Program-made: the position numbers and the translations under genes | Shown here: one piece after another, positions 1 to 10,654 of the stretch | Layout of the letters: each line of letters opens with the position of its first letter | Numbering within the stretch: the first letter of the stretch is position 1 | Assembly: GCA_963666215.2 (NCBI GenBank) | Contig: CAXWPL010000005.1 | Span: 1,408,001 to 1,472,000 of the forward strand | DNA from: Acidobacteriota bacterium | GTDB taxonomy: Bacteria; Acidobacteriota; UBA890; WLXD01 | Direction of reading: 5' to 3' | Length of the DNA stretch: 64,000 nucleotides | Notes under the pieces: model-generated | The model's input: only the letters and a program-made list of their open reading frames with translations | Databases searched by the model: none | Told to the model about the DNA's origin: nothing

Positions 1-1187
1 GGGAAGTACTGGCGTAGTAGTCCGTTGGTGTTCTCGTTGGTGCCCCGCTGCCAGGGGCTGTGCGGGTCGCAGAAGTAGATCGCGAGGCCGGTATCGACGC
101 GGAGTTGAGCGTGTTGAGCCATCTCGGCGCCCTGGTCCCAGGTCAAGGACCGGCGGAGCTGCTCGGGCAGCGTGGTGATTGACACCGCGATCGCGTCACG
201 GACGGCTTCGGCGCCGTGCCCGGCGAGGGCCGGCCCGTTCTTCACCCTCGATTCGGTCCCGTGCCCTTCCATGCGGGGCAGGTGCAGCAGCATCGTGAAC
301 CGCGTAGTGCGTTCGACGAGGGTCCCGATCGCTGAGCTCTCGAGCCCGACGATCAGGTCGCCTTCCCAGTGACCCGGCACGGCCCTGTCGGCGGCTTCGG
401 CGGGGCGTTCGCTGATCATGATCTCCGGAGTTACAAATTTCTTGCCTCTCCCCCGGGTTCGCGCATGCGGCACTCGTAGCGCTCGCCCGGTTCGCAGGCA
501 CGCGACGAGCTCGCGTTTGAGGGCTTCTCGACCTTGGATGTAGAGCGCTTGGTAGATCGCCTCGTGAGAGATCCGCATCGACTCATTATGGGGGAAATCA
601 ATCCGAAGCCGGTTCGAGATCTGCTCCGGACTCCAGGATTTCGCCCAACGCCGATCCTGGCGACGGCCGTGCCGACGGCCGATCCAACGCACATCCGGAC
701 CCGGCACCAGCTCCCCGTCAGGCCTTGCGATCACGCCGGCGAGGCGGTTCTGCACGTACTCACGCAAGGCATCGTTCGCGGCAAGCTTGGAGACCTTCGG
801 ACGGCTGGCGCGCCGCTCCGCGTGCCACTGCGCAGTCGTGGCCCGATAAGTTACGGCACGGCTGCGAGTCGCCGCGTTGCGGCGCAGCTCCCGCGAAATC
901 GTCGACGGTGAACGACCCAGGCGGCGAGCGATCTCACGTACCCCAACATGCTGAGCGTGAAGGATGGCGATCTCTTCACGCTCGGCGAACGACAGATAAC
1001 GCCCCGACACCGGAGCCAACGAGATAGGTCGCATTCCACCAGCTTGCCTGAACCATCTCGACCCGACAGCCGGCGACACCCCAGCCTCTGTTGCGGCGTC
1101 CTCGCTGGACGCCCCACGAGCGATCGTCTCCCAGAACCGGATCCGGTCCTCGCGCCGCGCTGTCGAGGGCCGGCCAGGTGACCGCAT
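1..1187 (-). CDS. IS30-family transposase (3' end outside window)
   Basis: Manual translation from ATG 1187: [20 protein letters not shown]...[15 protein letters not shown]...[27 protein letters not shown], typical IS30 motifs. Confidence 0.9.
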   Translation of the reverse strand, partial: [395 protein letters not shown]

Positions 1188-1282
1188 CTGGCCACGCATC
1201 GCTCGAATCGCACCCTGACACTTGCCAACTCCCATCGAAACACCTCCATCACGAGATGTTGCGACGACCAGTTGAATCCGCC
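1..1282 (-). mobile_element. IS30-family insertion sequence (partial, runs off window edge)
   Basis: Terminal sequence GGCGGATTCAACTGGTCGTCGCAACA on the minus strand ends at 1282. It encloses an IS30 transposase and truncates the adjacent VOC gene. Confidence 0.85.
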
Positions 1283-1615
1283 CACCACACCGCCATCTCG
1301 GTGAAAGACATGGAGAGGTCACTGGCCTTCTACCGGAATTTGCTGGGCATGGAGGTGCTCTCGGACCAGAGCTGGGAGAGCAGTCCAGAGAACAACCCGA
1401 AACCGGAAAAGATTCTGGATCTCGAGAACCCCGCTGCACGACAGGCCATGCTGAGGTGTGGAAACGCTCATATTGAGCTGTTCGAGTTCAGCAAGCCGGA
1501 ACCCGCCCCCATGGCAGTGGACCGGTCCGTGCATGATCATGGGTACACGCACTTCAGCCTGGATGTGAAGGACGTGGATGCGGAATACGAGAGGCTGCTG
1601 GAAGCCGGGGTGGAC
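1283..1615 (+). pseudogene. VOC/glyoxalase family protein, truncated at both ends
   Basis: HHTAISVKDMERSLAFY...IELFEF...YTHFSLDVKDVDAEYERL. Cut by the IS30 end at 5' and by the IS91-like ori end at 3'. Confidence 0.8.
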
Positions 1616-2082
1616 GGGTAGGAAATCGCTTTTCTGAGCATGAGGAGCATGAGGGTTTTCGGAGGCCTGGGCGAGAGCTGGAGGTCCTGGGGGTCACTTC
1701 TCGGCGGCTCGACAGCAGGATTAGAGTGCGCGGGCCTGGCGGCAGGTGGGTCGCGAGAGTGCTTGGGGGCGTGCGCGGCAGCGGGGCCCCCAGGAGTCCC
1801 CGGAGGGGGGCCAGAGGAGTCGAGGGTCCCCCGGGAGCGTCAGGCGCTCTTTGTGTCGGCAGGGATGGGTGTCTCAGACAGGCTCATAGACCAGCTCGGG
1901 GGCTGGCGGTGGTCTCGGCGACCTGTGACGTGTCACCGGAGTGGGGAGCGCCGGGCAGCGTTTGAGTAGAATCCCCAGTACCTCACGAGCTGCTGCGAGG
2001 GGTCGGGAATGTGCTGTGCGGCCAGGAGAGCATGTTGTCCACCGTGTCAGCGTCGATCCGTCCCTTCTCGAGCAGCATCCTG
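1616..2082 (-). mobile_element. IS91/ISCR-like element piece 1 (oriIS end plus deleted transposase fragments)
   Basis: Starts GGGTAGGAAATCGCTTTTC, as do four other copies. Three internal deletions relative to the longer copies. Confidence 0.85.
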
Positions 2083-2572
2083 TCGCCATCACCGAAGCAG
2101 AGGCGGCCTCGGCCAATGCCGCCGTCGAGCGGGCCCGCGCCGCCCTGCGGCGGGCGGAGCTCGATCTCGAGTACACCCGGATCCTGGCCCTGTCGACGGC
2201 GTAGTCGCCCGCAAGAGCGTCGAGTCCGGGGAGATTCTGCACCCGGGCCAGGCGGTGCTCGCGGTGGTCGAGATCGACAACGTGTGGGCGGTCGCCAACT
2301 TCAAAGAGACTCAGCTCGAGCACATGCGGCGGGGCCAGCCGGCCAAGCTCAAGGTCGACGCCTACCCCGGCCACGGCTTCCGCGGCCACGTCGAGTCGAT
2401 CGGCGCCGCCACCAGCTCGAGCTTCACTCTGCTCCCGCCGGAGAATGCTCCAGGCAACTTCGTCAAGGTGGTGCAGAGAGTGCCGGTCGAGATCATTCTC
2501 GACGACCCTCCGGATCCCCAGCGACCGCTGCGCGCCGGGATGTCAGTGGTCGTCACCGTCTCGACCCGCTAG
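2083..2572 (+). pseudogene. HlyD/EmrA-family membrane fusion protein, C-terminal fragment with frameshift
   Basis: VWAVANFKETQLEHMRRGQPAKLKVDAYP...LLPPENAPGNFVKVVQRVPVEI. The N-terminus is replaced by an IS piece. Confidence 0.85.
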
Positions 2573-2615
2573 CCGCCGGTGGTAGGATTGGCGTTTATCA
2601 AGAAAGGGGACTTTT

Positions 2616-4427
2616 ATGCGAGTCGATTCGGGGCTCTTGCTCTGCTTTCTCTTCACTCTGCTTACCGGTGCTGCAGAGCAAGCCTCCGGCGCAGACCCGG
2701 ATCCGGCTGCGCGGAGCGCTCTCTTCGGCGATCTCCACATCCACACCACCTATTCCTTCGATGCGTTCATGAGTGGTGTGCGTACGACACCCGATCATGC
2801 CTACCGATACGCCAAGGGAGAGGCGATACCCAATACCGACGGCTCGTTCCGACTCTCGGGACCGCCTCTGGACTTTCTCGCGGTCTCCGAGCACGCCAAG
2901 TATCTGGGCTCACATGCTCGCGTGCTCGAGCCCGGCAGCGGGACCTACGACCACGTTGCGAAGGCTGAGCTCATTACCCGATCCGGCGGCACGTTCGTCA
3001 GAAGGGAGCGCTTCTATGAGCTGGTCGACGAGTACCCCGAGCTGATCGACAAGAAGCTCGTGGCCGGTACCTGGCAGAAGATCGTCGACGCCGCCGAGCG
3101 ACACAACGACCCCGGCACCTTCACCGCCTTCATCGGCTACGAGTACACGCCGAACCCCAGCGGAATGCATCTGCACCGCAACGTCATCTTCCGGGGTCAG
3201 GCACCGGAGCTGCCGTTCAGCTCGCTCGATTCTCCCAACCCCGAGGATCTGTGGAGCTGGCTCGACGACATGAGAGCGCAGGGCTTCGAAGCGCTGGCCA
3301 TCCCGCACAACACCAACCAGAGCAACGGCCAGGCGTTCCAGGAGCAGACCTTCGAGGGCGGGGTCATCGATGCCGGCTGGGCTGAACAGCGGATGCGCAA
3401 TGAGCCGCTGGCGGAGATCTCGCAGCAGAAGGGGACCTCGGAGACACATCCCTCGTTGTCGCCGAACGACGAGTGGGCCGAGTTTCAAATCGTTCGGTAC
3501 TACCTCAACAGAATCGAGAACAAAGATCCCATCTCCATATTCAAGGGCGGTTATCTCCGCGACGCTCTGAAGACGGGCCTGGAGATGGAAGAGAAGGACG
3601 GGTTCAATCCGTACAAGTTCGGCTTCATCGGATCGAGCGACAGCCATGTCGCCGCGGGGGCCTTCGAAGAGGACCGTCGCTTCTCGGGCGGCTCGAATAC
3701 CCCGCGGGGACGCGGATCGGCACCCGATGGTGACTCTTGGGAGGGGTTCTGGACGCCGCGTCAAGCCACCTTTGGTACCGGCGGCGTCGCCGGCGTCTGG
3801 GCCGACGAGAACACTCGCGCATCGATCTACGATGCCTTCCGCCGCAAAGAGACCTTCGGCACCTCCGGTAACCGCATCAAGGTCCGCCTCTTCGGCGGCT
3901 TCGACCTTCCTGCCGGGCTTCTCGGCGATCCGAGCCCCATCGCCACCGCCTATGAGAGCGGCACACCCATGGGCGGAGTCATCGAGCGCGGCTCCAACTC
4001 GGCGCCTAGTTTCCTGGTGTCGGCCATGCGAGACCCCAACGCCGGCTGGCTCGATCGGGCTCAGATCGTCAAAGGGTGGATCGAGGGCGGAGAGGCCAAG
4101 GAGCGGGTGTACGACGTGGCCTGCTCCGAAGGCCAGCGACCGGACCCCGGATCCCACCGCTGCCCGTCCAACGGCGCCAAGGTCAATCTCTCCGATTGCA
4201 GTGTGAGCCGGGACAAAGGATCGGTAGCTCTCGAGGCGATGTGGACCGACCCCGACTTCGATCCCGGCCAGCGGGCGTTCTACTACGTCCGGGTTCTCGA
4301 AAACCCATCCTGTCGTTGGTCGACCTGGGATGCTCTCAGGCTCGGAATCGAGCCGAACCCCGACCTGCCCGCGATCCACCAGGAGCGCGCCTGGAGCTCG
4401 CCGATCTGGTACGCGCCGCCGATATAG
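2616..4427 (+). CDS. DUF3604 (PHP-like) secreted protein
   Basis: Signal peptide, FGDLHIHTTYSFDA, HLHRNVIFR, C-terminal QERAWSSPIWY. Confidence 0.88.
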   Translation: MRVDSGLLLCFLFTLLTGAAEQASGADPDPAARSALFGDLHIHTTYSFDAFMSGVRTTPDHAYRYAKGEAIPNTDGSFRLSGPPLDFLAVSEHAKYLGSHARVLEPGSGTYDHVAKAELITRSGGTFVRRERFYELVDEYPELIDKKLVAGTWQKIVDAAERHNDPGTFTAFIGYEYTPNPSGMHLHRNVIFRGQAPELPFSSLDSPNPEDLWSWLDDMRAQGFEALAIPHNTNQSNGQAFQEQTFEGGVIDAGWAEQRMRNEPLAEISQQKGTSETHPSLSPNDEWAEFQIVRYYLNRIENKDPISIFKGGYLRDALKTGLEMEEKDGFNPYKFGFIGSSDSHVAAGAFEEDRRFSGGSNTPRGRGSAPDGDSWEGFWTPRQATFGTGGVAGVWADENTRASIYDAFRRKETFGTSGNRIKVRLFGGFDLPAGLLGDPSPIATAYESGTPMGGVIERGSNSAPSFLVSAMRDPNAGWLDRAQIVKGWIEGGEAKERVYDVACSEGQRPDPGSHRCPSNGAKVNLSDCSVSRDKGSVALEAMWTDPDFDPGQRAFYYVRVLENPSCRWSTWDALRLGIEPNPDLPAIHQERAWSSPIWYAPPI

Positions 4428-4532
4428 TGGCGTCGCGACTGGGCATGCGCTTGAACCAGAATTGCTGATATGACATATTTGGGTTTCTTCATAGCCGCGA
4501 CAACGCGCTAGCAGGAGGTTGGTGGAGTCGAC

Positions 4533-4649
4533 ATGACGGCAGCCAGGCTCGCCGAACGACGGGTGACCTTGGGCCTGTGTCTCCTTCTCTGCACGCAGGG
4601 TACGTCCTTCGCCGGGACCTTCACGGCCGCAACCGAGGCCCACATCGAC
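4533..4649 (+). pseudogene. Signal-peptide-bearing gene stub cut by the oriIS end
   Basis: RBS then MTAARLAERRVTLGLCLLLCTQGTSFAG..., ending at the ori junction. Confidence 0.5.
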
Positions 4650-5156
4650 GGGTAGGAAATCGCTTTTCTGAGCATGAGGAGCATGAGGGTTTTCGGAGGC
4701 CTGGGCGAGAGCTGGAGGTCCTGGGGGTCACTTCTCGGCGGCTCGACAGCAGGATTAGAGTGCGCGGGCCTGGCGGCAGGTGGGTTGCGAGAGTGCTTGG
4801 GGGCGTGCGCGGCAGCGGGGCCTCCAGGAGTCCCCGGAGGGGGGGCCAGAGGAGTCGAGGGTCCCCCGGGAGCGTCAGGCGCTCTTTGTGTCGGCAGGGA
4901 TGGGTGTCTCAGACAGGCTCATAGACCAGCTCGGGGGCTGGCGGTGAGTGAGCGAGGGGCTCCGGCTCTTGGGGTTCCGCCTGGATTCCCGCCAACAAGG
5001 TCCTCGGCGCACCCGTTTTCCGCGGTACGCGGGTCCCGGTCAAGAATCTCTTCGACTACCTGGAAGCTGGCAATCCACTCGAGAGGTTCCTAGATCACTT
5101 CCCAACGGTTTCGCGCGAGCAGGCGTTGGCGGCTTCTAGAAGAGGCAGCTGAAGGC
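4650..5156 (-). mobile_element. IS91-like piece 2 (oriIS end fused to DUF433 fragment)
   Basis: Matches the ori copies to 4998, then matches the DUF433 gene at ~36270-36426. Confidence 0.85.
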
Positions 5157-5695
5157 TTTTGGCGGCCTGACATCGTGGTGAGTAATGCCGGTATATTCGG
5201 CGCCGGTGAAACGATCGACACCTTGAACCAAAACAAATGGGACCTTGGGTTGAAAGTGAATCTTACCGGCGCACAACTGTTGCTCAAACATTCGATCCCT
5301 TATCTGAAGCAAGGCATCAATGCATCCGTTATCATCATGGGTTCACGAAACGTAAACGCCCCGGCCCGGGCGCGGCCGCCTATTCCGTTCCCAAAGCCGG
5401 TTTAACCCAATTGGCCCGGGTGGCCGCACTTGAACTGGCCGGCGACGGCATACGCGTAAACGTCATTCATCCCGACGCCGTTTTCGACACCGCCTTATGG
5501 ACCCCGGAGGCCCTCGCCCGTTCCGCCGAGCGATACAGCATGACGGTGGAGGAATATAAACGCAAAAATTTAATGAAAACCGAAATCACCTCCAAGGATG
5601 TTGGCCGGATAGTGGCTGCGGTAGCCGGCCCCGTTTTCTCCGAAACGACCGGCGCCCAACTACCGATCGACGGCGGCAACGACCGGATTATTTGA
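5157..5695 (+). pseudogene. SDR oxidoreductase C-terminal fragment (RhaD-like bifunctional aldolase/SDR), frameshifted
   Basis: DIVVSNAGIF...AAAYSVPKAGLTQLARVAALELAGDGIRVNVIHPDAVFDTALW...PIDGGNDRII, split over two frames. Confidence 0.8.
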
Positions 5696-5723
5696 CATTT
5701 CCCCCACTCGCTCGACAGGAGAA

Positions 5724-5785
5724 ATCCCAATCGGAGTTGGGATCCACGCAGAGGGTAAAATGCAGGTCCCAACTCCGATTGGGAC
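5724..5785. repeat. Inverted REP-like doublet
   Basis: ATCCCAATCGGAGTTGGGATCCAC (5724-5747) and its near reverse complement GCAGGTCCCAACTCCGATTGGGAC (5762-5785), each a hairpin. Confidence 0.6.
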
Positions 5786-5798
5786 TTGAAAGGGAAAT

Positions 5799-7316
5799 GT
5801 GAAAAGCACCTTGATCTTCAATATCTGCCTCTTCTTTTATGCTTACCTCATTGCGCCGGTTTTTGCCGCCAAACAACCCAACATCGTGGTTTTTCTCGTT
5901 GACGACATGGGCGTCATGGATACCTCGGTTCCGTTCATGGCCGACGCAAAAGGTCAACCGGAACGACATCCGCTCAACAATCTGTATCGCACGCCCAACA
6001 TGGCTCGCCTGGCCAGGCAGGGAATTCGTTTTCGCCAATTCTATGCCAACAGTGTCTGCTCACCCACCCGGGTCTCGATTATGACCGGCCAAACATCGGC
6101 GCGACATCGCACCACCCAATACATTAAACCGGAATCGAACAACGCCGGAACGTATGGCCCGAAAGATTGGCAATGGGAGGGGATCACCGCTAAACACCAA
6201 ACCCTCCCTGCCCTTCTCCGTAAGGGTGGATACCGCACCATTCATGCCGGGAAAGCCCACTTCGGGTCAAACAACTCCTTTGGCGCGTTGCCTCAAAACT
6301 TTGGTTTCGATGTCAACATAGCCGGGCGCGCTATTGGACTGCCGGGCAGTTATTATGGAACCGATGATTTTACTCGTTTCGAGAACGGCAAGGCATTTCG
6401 ACCCGTCCCGGGTCTGGAAAAATACCACGGCCAGGATATGTTCCTCACCGAAGCCCTCACCCTGGAGATGAACGCCGAAATCAAGCGGGCCGTGGACGAG
6501 AAGAAACCGTTCTTTGCTTACATGTCACACTATGCCGTACATTCACCCTTCCAGTCGGACAAACGATTTGCCGCCCATTACGCGGATACACCCGAGTTGA
6601 GTAAGCAGGCCAAGGCCTTTGCCACTATGATTGAAGGCATGGACAAATCACTCGGAGATATTCTCGACCAACTGGAACGATTGGGAGTTGCGGAGAATAC
6701 GTTGGTCTTCTTCCTGGGTGACAACGGGACCGACGCGCCACTCGGTGCTTCCCATGGGATTGTCTGCGCGGCACCCTTACGAGGTAAAAAGGCAACCCAT
6801 TACGAAGGCGGCCTGCGGGTTCCATTCATCGCCGCCTGGGCGAAACCGAATCCGAAGAAAGCCGTGCAGAAAAAACTCCCGATCCCGGCCAACCTGCTCT
6901 CCGATCAAGTCGGAAGGATTTATGATCTGTTTCCAACCATTCTCAACTTGACCGGGATCAAATACGAAGGCTCGATCGATGGCGTCGATCTGTCTTCACT
7001 ACTCACCGGGGCAAAATCAAAGCAGACGCCCACCTTCCTGATGCATTTCCCCCACAGCCATCGCAGCAGTTACTTCACCGCTTATCGGGAGGGAGACTGG
7101 AAATTGATCTATCACTACCACAAACCGAAAACACAACGTTACCAGCTATTCAATCTGGTCCAGGACCGCAGCGAATCGAAAAACCTGGCCAAAAGCCAAC
7201 CGAAACAGCTTCGCCGGATGATCGAAGCCATGACCTCCGCCCTGACAGATGCCGATGCGCAGTATCCGGTGTCGAAACAAGATTCCAAGATTGTTTTAAA
7301 ACCAATGATCGAGTAG
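5799..7316 (+). CDS. Sulfatase (secreted)
   Basis: PNIVVFLVDDMG, CSPTR formylglycine motif, GYRTIHAGKAH. Visibly lower GC and different codon usage than the neighbours. Confidence 0.92.
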   Translation: MKSTLIFNICLFFYAYLIAPVFAAKQPNIVVFLVDDMGVMDTSVPFMADAKGQPERHPLNNLYRTPNMARLARQGIRFRQFYANSVCSPTRVSIMTGQTSARHRTTQYIKPESNNAGTYGPKDWQWEGITAKHQTLPALLRKGGYRTIHAGKAHFGSNNSFGALPQNFGFDVNIAGRAIGLPGSYYGTDDFTRFENGKAFRPVPGLEKYHGQDMFLTEALTLEMNAEIKRAVDEKKPFFAYMSHYAVHSPFQSDKRFAAHYADTPELSKQAKAFATMIEGMDKSLGDILDQLERLGVAENTLVFFLGDNGTDAPLGASHGIVCAAPLRGKKATHYEGGLRVPFIAAWAKPNPKKAVQKKLPIPANLLSDQVGRIYDLFPTILNLTGIKYEGSIDGVDLSSLLTGAKSKQTPTFLMHFPHSHRSSYFTAYREGDWKLIYHYHKPKTQRYQLFNLVQDRSESKNLAKSQPKQLRRMIEAMTSALTDADAQYPVSKQDSKIVLKPMIE

Positions 7317-7324
7317 CCGAGTTG

Positions 7325-7349
7325 GATGCCCCGCCGTGGGGCACACTAC
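7325..7349 (-). repeat. GTAG-type REP-like palindrome
   Basis: Minus strand GTAG-TG-TGCCCC-ACGGC-GGGGCA just after the sulfatase stop. Confidence 0.45.
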
Positions 7350-7385
7350 AACGTATCCAGAGGGCTCACCACACCCAGGGGCCTA

Positions 7386-7997
7386 GCGCAGCAGGCGAGC
7401 CCAGCTGATGCTCCGCCGCCGGGTTCCTAGATCACTTCCCAACGGTTTCGCGCGAGCAGGCGTTGGCGGCTCTAGCAGAGGCAGCTGAAGGCCTTATCCG
7501 CAATTGCGACTGCTTCTCGATGAATCGGTTCCTCGGCAGCCTTGCGCGAGCTGGATGCTGATCGTGGAATCGGATCCGAGAGTCCGCGGTAGGCTTAGGA
7601 CATGGAAGCTGCGTCTGATACCTGGCAGGACTTCATTGCTGTCGATCCAGCGATATGCCACGGACGGGCCTGCATACGGGGTACCCGCGTCATGGTGTCT
7701 GTGATCCTAGACAACTTGGCTGCGGGACTATCGGCGGAAGAGATCCGAGCCAGCTACCCGACGGTGAGCAAGCAGGCTCTTCAGGCCGTTATGGGCTATG
7801 CGGCCGACCTGGCACGGGAGCGCATCGTTGACATCTCGTCGTAGAGGCCCGTGGTGAGGCTCAAGGTCGACGAGAACCTCCCCGTCGAGATTGCTCAGAG
7901 TCTCGGTGAATCCGGCTATGACGCTCAGACGGTCCCGGACGAGGGCGGCGCAGAGGACGAAACCATCAGCGCCCGCTGCTTGGCTGAAGATCGCGCC
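7386..7997. mobile_element. Backbone piece 3: 39-bp transposase fragment joined to the DUF433/DUF5615 cluster
   Basis: 7386-7424 matches ~35378-35416, then it matches ~36357-36890. Confidence 0.8.
7602..7844 (+). CDS. DUF433 family antitoxin
   Basis: IAVDPAICHGRACIRGTRVMVSVILDNLAAGLSAEEIRASYP. Near-identical to 36535-36777. Confidence 0.85.
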   Translation: MEAASDTWQDFIAVDPAICHGRACIRGTRVMVSVILDNLAAGLSAEEIRASYPTVSKQALQAVMGYAADLARERIVDISS

Positions 7998-8024
7998 CGC
8001 TCTCGGGTAGAGTAGACTCAGATC

Positions 8025-10589
8025 GTGCTTCGGACCGTGAAAGCCGAGATTGCAACCATCCTTCTTGCCCTCGTTCTCGCTCTTCCCGTGTCGGGTTACG
8101 ACCTCTCGCCGGAGCTGCGTCAGCGGGTCGATCGACTGATCGCCGACATAGAAGCTACCCCGACCACGGCCACAAACGCCGTTGAACGGGTAGCCATCCT
8201 TTGGGACTGGGCCAACGCCGTCTCTCTGCAGGGGGCAGTGGTGCCGAAGAACCTGCCGAAGATCGCTTTCGGCATCCCGTACCCCATCCCAGGGCTCCAG
8301 ACCTCTCTCCGGCAAATCAAGGCAGTCGATACCTATGCTCGCTATCTCGCCACGATCGAACGGGACCCCGGGGCGTTCGGAGAGGTCTCTGTCGAGCCTG
8401 CGTCCGCCGTACACGCCGGCTCCTGGCAAACCGTCCGCGTGGTGTGGAAGGTCGGCAGTTTTGGACTACCCGAGGGCGGCGGTGTGGTGGCCAGCCAGCA
8501 CTATGCCGGCGGTTATGGCCGGCTCCAGGTCGACGACCCTGACGGTGACAACTACGTCTCGGCTACGACCAGCAACCCGGCAGTCCGCTTCGAGCTCGAT
8601 CGGGCTGCGGTGTGGGGTTCTTACGGCGGTTTTCGAGGGCCAGAAAGCTTCCCCATGTTTCGCGTGCGCGGCGGTGCGCTGCGGGCCGGAGATACCGTCG
8701 CCGTGGTCTACGGCGATCGCTCTGGGGGCGGTCGGGGGCTCGAGATCGGGATCTTCTCCAACGACGCCATCGCGCTGCCCCTGCTCGTCGATGCGGGTAA
8801 CGGTGATCTCCACGAGCTGCCGCTTCCGACCTTCGAGGTCGTCGGTGGCGAGGCCTACGGAGTGCACGGTTTCGCCCCGTCGATCGTAGCTAGCGGAGAG
8901 GAGCTCACGATCTCGGTGCGCAGCGAAGATCGTTTTTACAATCGGGCAACGGAAAAGATCCCGGGCTATGAGGTCCTGCGCGACGGCGAGAAGATCGCCG
9001 ATCTCCCCGCCGGTCAGGCGCTTCATGATCTGCCGCTGCGCTTCGCCGAGCCGGGCGTAGCCCGCGTTTCGTTTCGCAGCCCCGACGGCAAGATCGTAGG
9101 TTCCGCCAACCCGATCTGGGTCCGCGATCGCCCCGTCGAACGGATCTATTGGGGCGAGACCCACGGTCATTGTGGCTTTGCCGAGGGTCAGGGGACTCCC
9201 GAGGGCTACTTCGCCTTCGCCCGCGACGACGCTCGGCTCGACTTCGTCACCTTGAGCGAGCACGACCTCACCATCACCGATGGTCATTGGAAGTATCTCA
9301 ACGACGCGGCTGAGCAGTTCCACCGCGAGGGCGAGCTCATCGTCTTCCCCGGCTACGAGTGGTCGGTCAATCGCCAGCGAGGTGGGCATCACAACGTTTT
9401 CTTTCGTGGTCCGGGATTCGATCGTGTCGCGGGACACGAAGCGCCGGATCTGACCATGCTCTATCGGGGGTTGCGTGAGAAGCACGATCCCGAGGATGTC
9501 CTGATCATCCCGCACGCCCACCAGAACGGGGACTTCCGACTTTCGGATCTCGGCATGGAGCGCCTGATCGAGATCATGTCGGGGCACGGCACCTTCGAGT
9601 GGTTTGGGCAGCGCTACCTCGAGCATGGTTACCGTGTCGGCTTTGTCGGAGCTTCGGACGACCATAGAGGACACCCCGGATACTCGCCCGGTCATCAGTC
9701 GACGGCCGGCGTTCGTTCCAACATCTTCCAGTTTGGGGGCCTCGCTGGTGCCTGGGCACCGGCGAAAAGCACCGATGCGGTGTTTGACGCTCTGAAGGCG
9801 AGACGCGCGGTCGCTACCACCGGCGCCCAGCGGATCATTCTCGACGCTCGCCTCAACGGCGGTGCGATCGGCAGTGAGCTGGCGCAGTCCGAGACGAGAG
9901 AGGTCGAGGGTCGGGCCATCGGCACCGGTCCGATCCGTACCATCGAGCTGCTCAGAAACGGCGAGGCGGTGGGGAGCTATGACACCGGGGAAGCAGCGGC
10001 GGCAGAGGCGCCTGCCGGCGAGGTTATCGTGCGCTTCTACTCCGAGTCCTACGTGACCATTCGAGACAACCCGCGCGGCCAGCACACCTGGCGCGGCAGC
10101 CTGCGGGTCGAGAACGGTCGACTCCTCGGTGCCCGCTACCTCGGCACCCCCCACCGCGATTCCGACCAACTCGAGATCGAAGGTGATGAGCTGCGCTTCG
10201 ACCTCGCCACCCGCGGGTCGAGCCGTGCCATCGCCCTCACCCTCGAGGGCGCTTCGGCCTCGACCCGCCTTGCCTTCGATCTCGATGCGGTTCGCGAGCG
10301 CGGCACGGCGCCGACGCAGGTGCGGACTCCGCAAGAGTTTCCGGCCACGACGTTTTCGCTGGTCGTTCCCACCGCCGAACGAGTGCCGAACGAAGAGGTT
10401 CTCGAGGCTGGCCGCTACCGCGATCGAGTCAGCGTCGAACGGGCGGCAGGCTTCCGCGACGACGTCGAGTTCAGCTTTTCCGATCGCGGAGGTCAGCCGG
10501 GAGATTGGTACTACGTCCGCGTCGAGCAGGTGGATGGCCATCTGGCCTGGTCGAGCCCCTGGTGGGTCGGAGGCGAGCCTCCTCGTTGA
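8025..10589 (+). CDS. Large DUF3604/PHP-like secreted protein
   Basis: IYWGETHGHCGFAEG, LDFVTLSEHD, GGHHNVFFR, GASDDH, C-terminal WYYVRVEQVDGHLAWSSPWWV. Confidence 0.8.
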   Translation: MLRTVKAEIATILLALVLALPVSGYDLSPELRQRVDRLIADIEATPTTATNAVERVAILWDWANAVSLQGAVVPKNLPKIAFGIPYPIPGLQTSLRQIKAVDTYARYLATIERDPGAFGEVSVEPASAVHAGSWQTVRVVWKVGSFGLPEGGGVVASQHYAGGYGRLQVDDPDGDNYVSATTSNPAVRFELDRAAVWGSYGGFRGPESFPMFRVRGGALRAGDTVAVVYGDRSGGGRGLEIGIFSNDAIALPLLVDAGNGDLHELPLPTFEVVGGEAYGVHGFAPSIVASGEELTISVRSEDRFYNRATEKIPGYEVLRDGEKIADLPAGQALHDLPLRFAEPGVARVSFRSPDGKIVGSANPIWVRDRPVERIYWGETHGHCGFAEGQGTPEGYFAFARDDARLDFVTLSEHDLTITDGHWKYLNDAAEQFHREGELIVFPGYEWSVNRQRGGHHNVFFRGPGFDRVAGHEAPDLTMLYRGLREKHDPEDVLIIPHAHQNGDFRLSDLGMERLIEIMSGHGTFEWFGQRYLEHGYRVGFVGASDDHRGHPGYSPGHQSTAGVRSNIFQFGGLAGAWAPAKSTDAVFDALKARRAVATTGAQRIILDARLNGGAIGSELAQSETREVEGRAIGTGPIRTIELLRNGEAVGSYDTGEAAAAEAPAGEVIVRFYSESYVTIRDNPRGQHTWRGSLRVENGRLLGARYLGTPHRDSDQLEIEGDELRFDLATRGSSRAIALTLEGASASTRLAFDLDAVRERGTAPTQVRTPQEFPATTFSLVVPTAERVPNEEVLEAGRYRDRVSVERAAGFRDDVEFSFSDRGGQPGDWYYVRVEQVDGHLAWSSPWWVGGEPPR

Positions 10590-10654
10590 CGTCGATCAGC
10601 CTGGCCGCGTACTGGCTGGCGTCATGTTTTGGCTTGCAAGGGCTCGTCGCCAAC

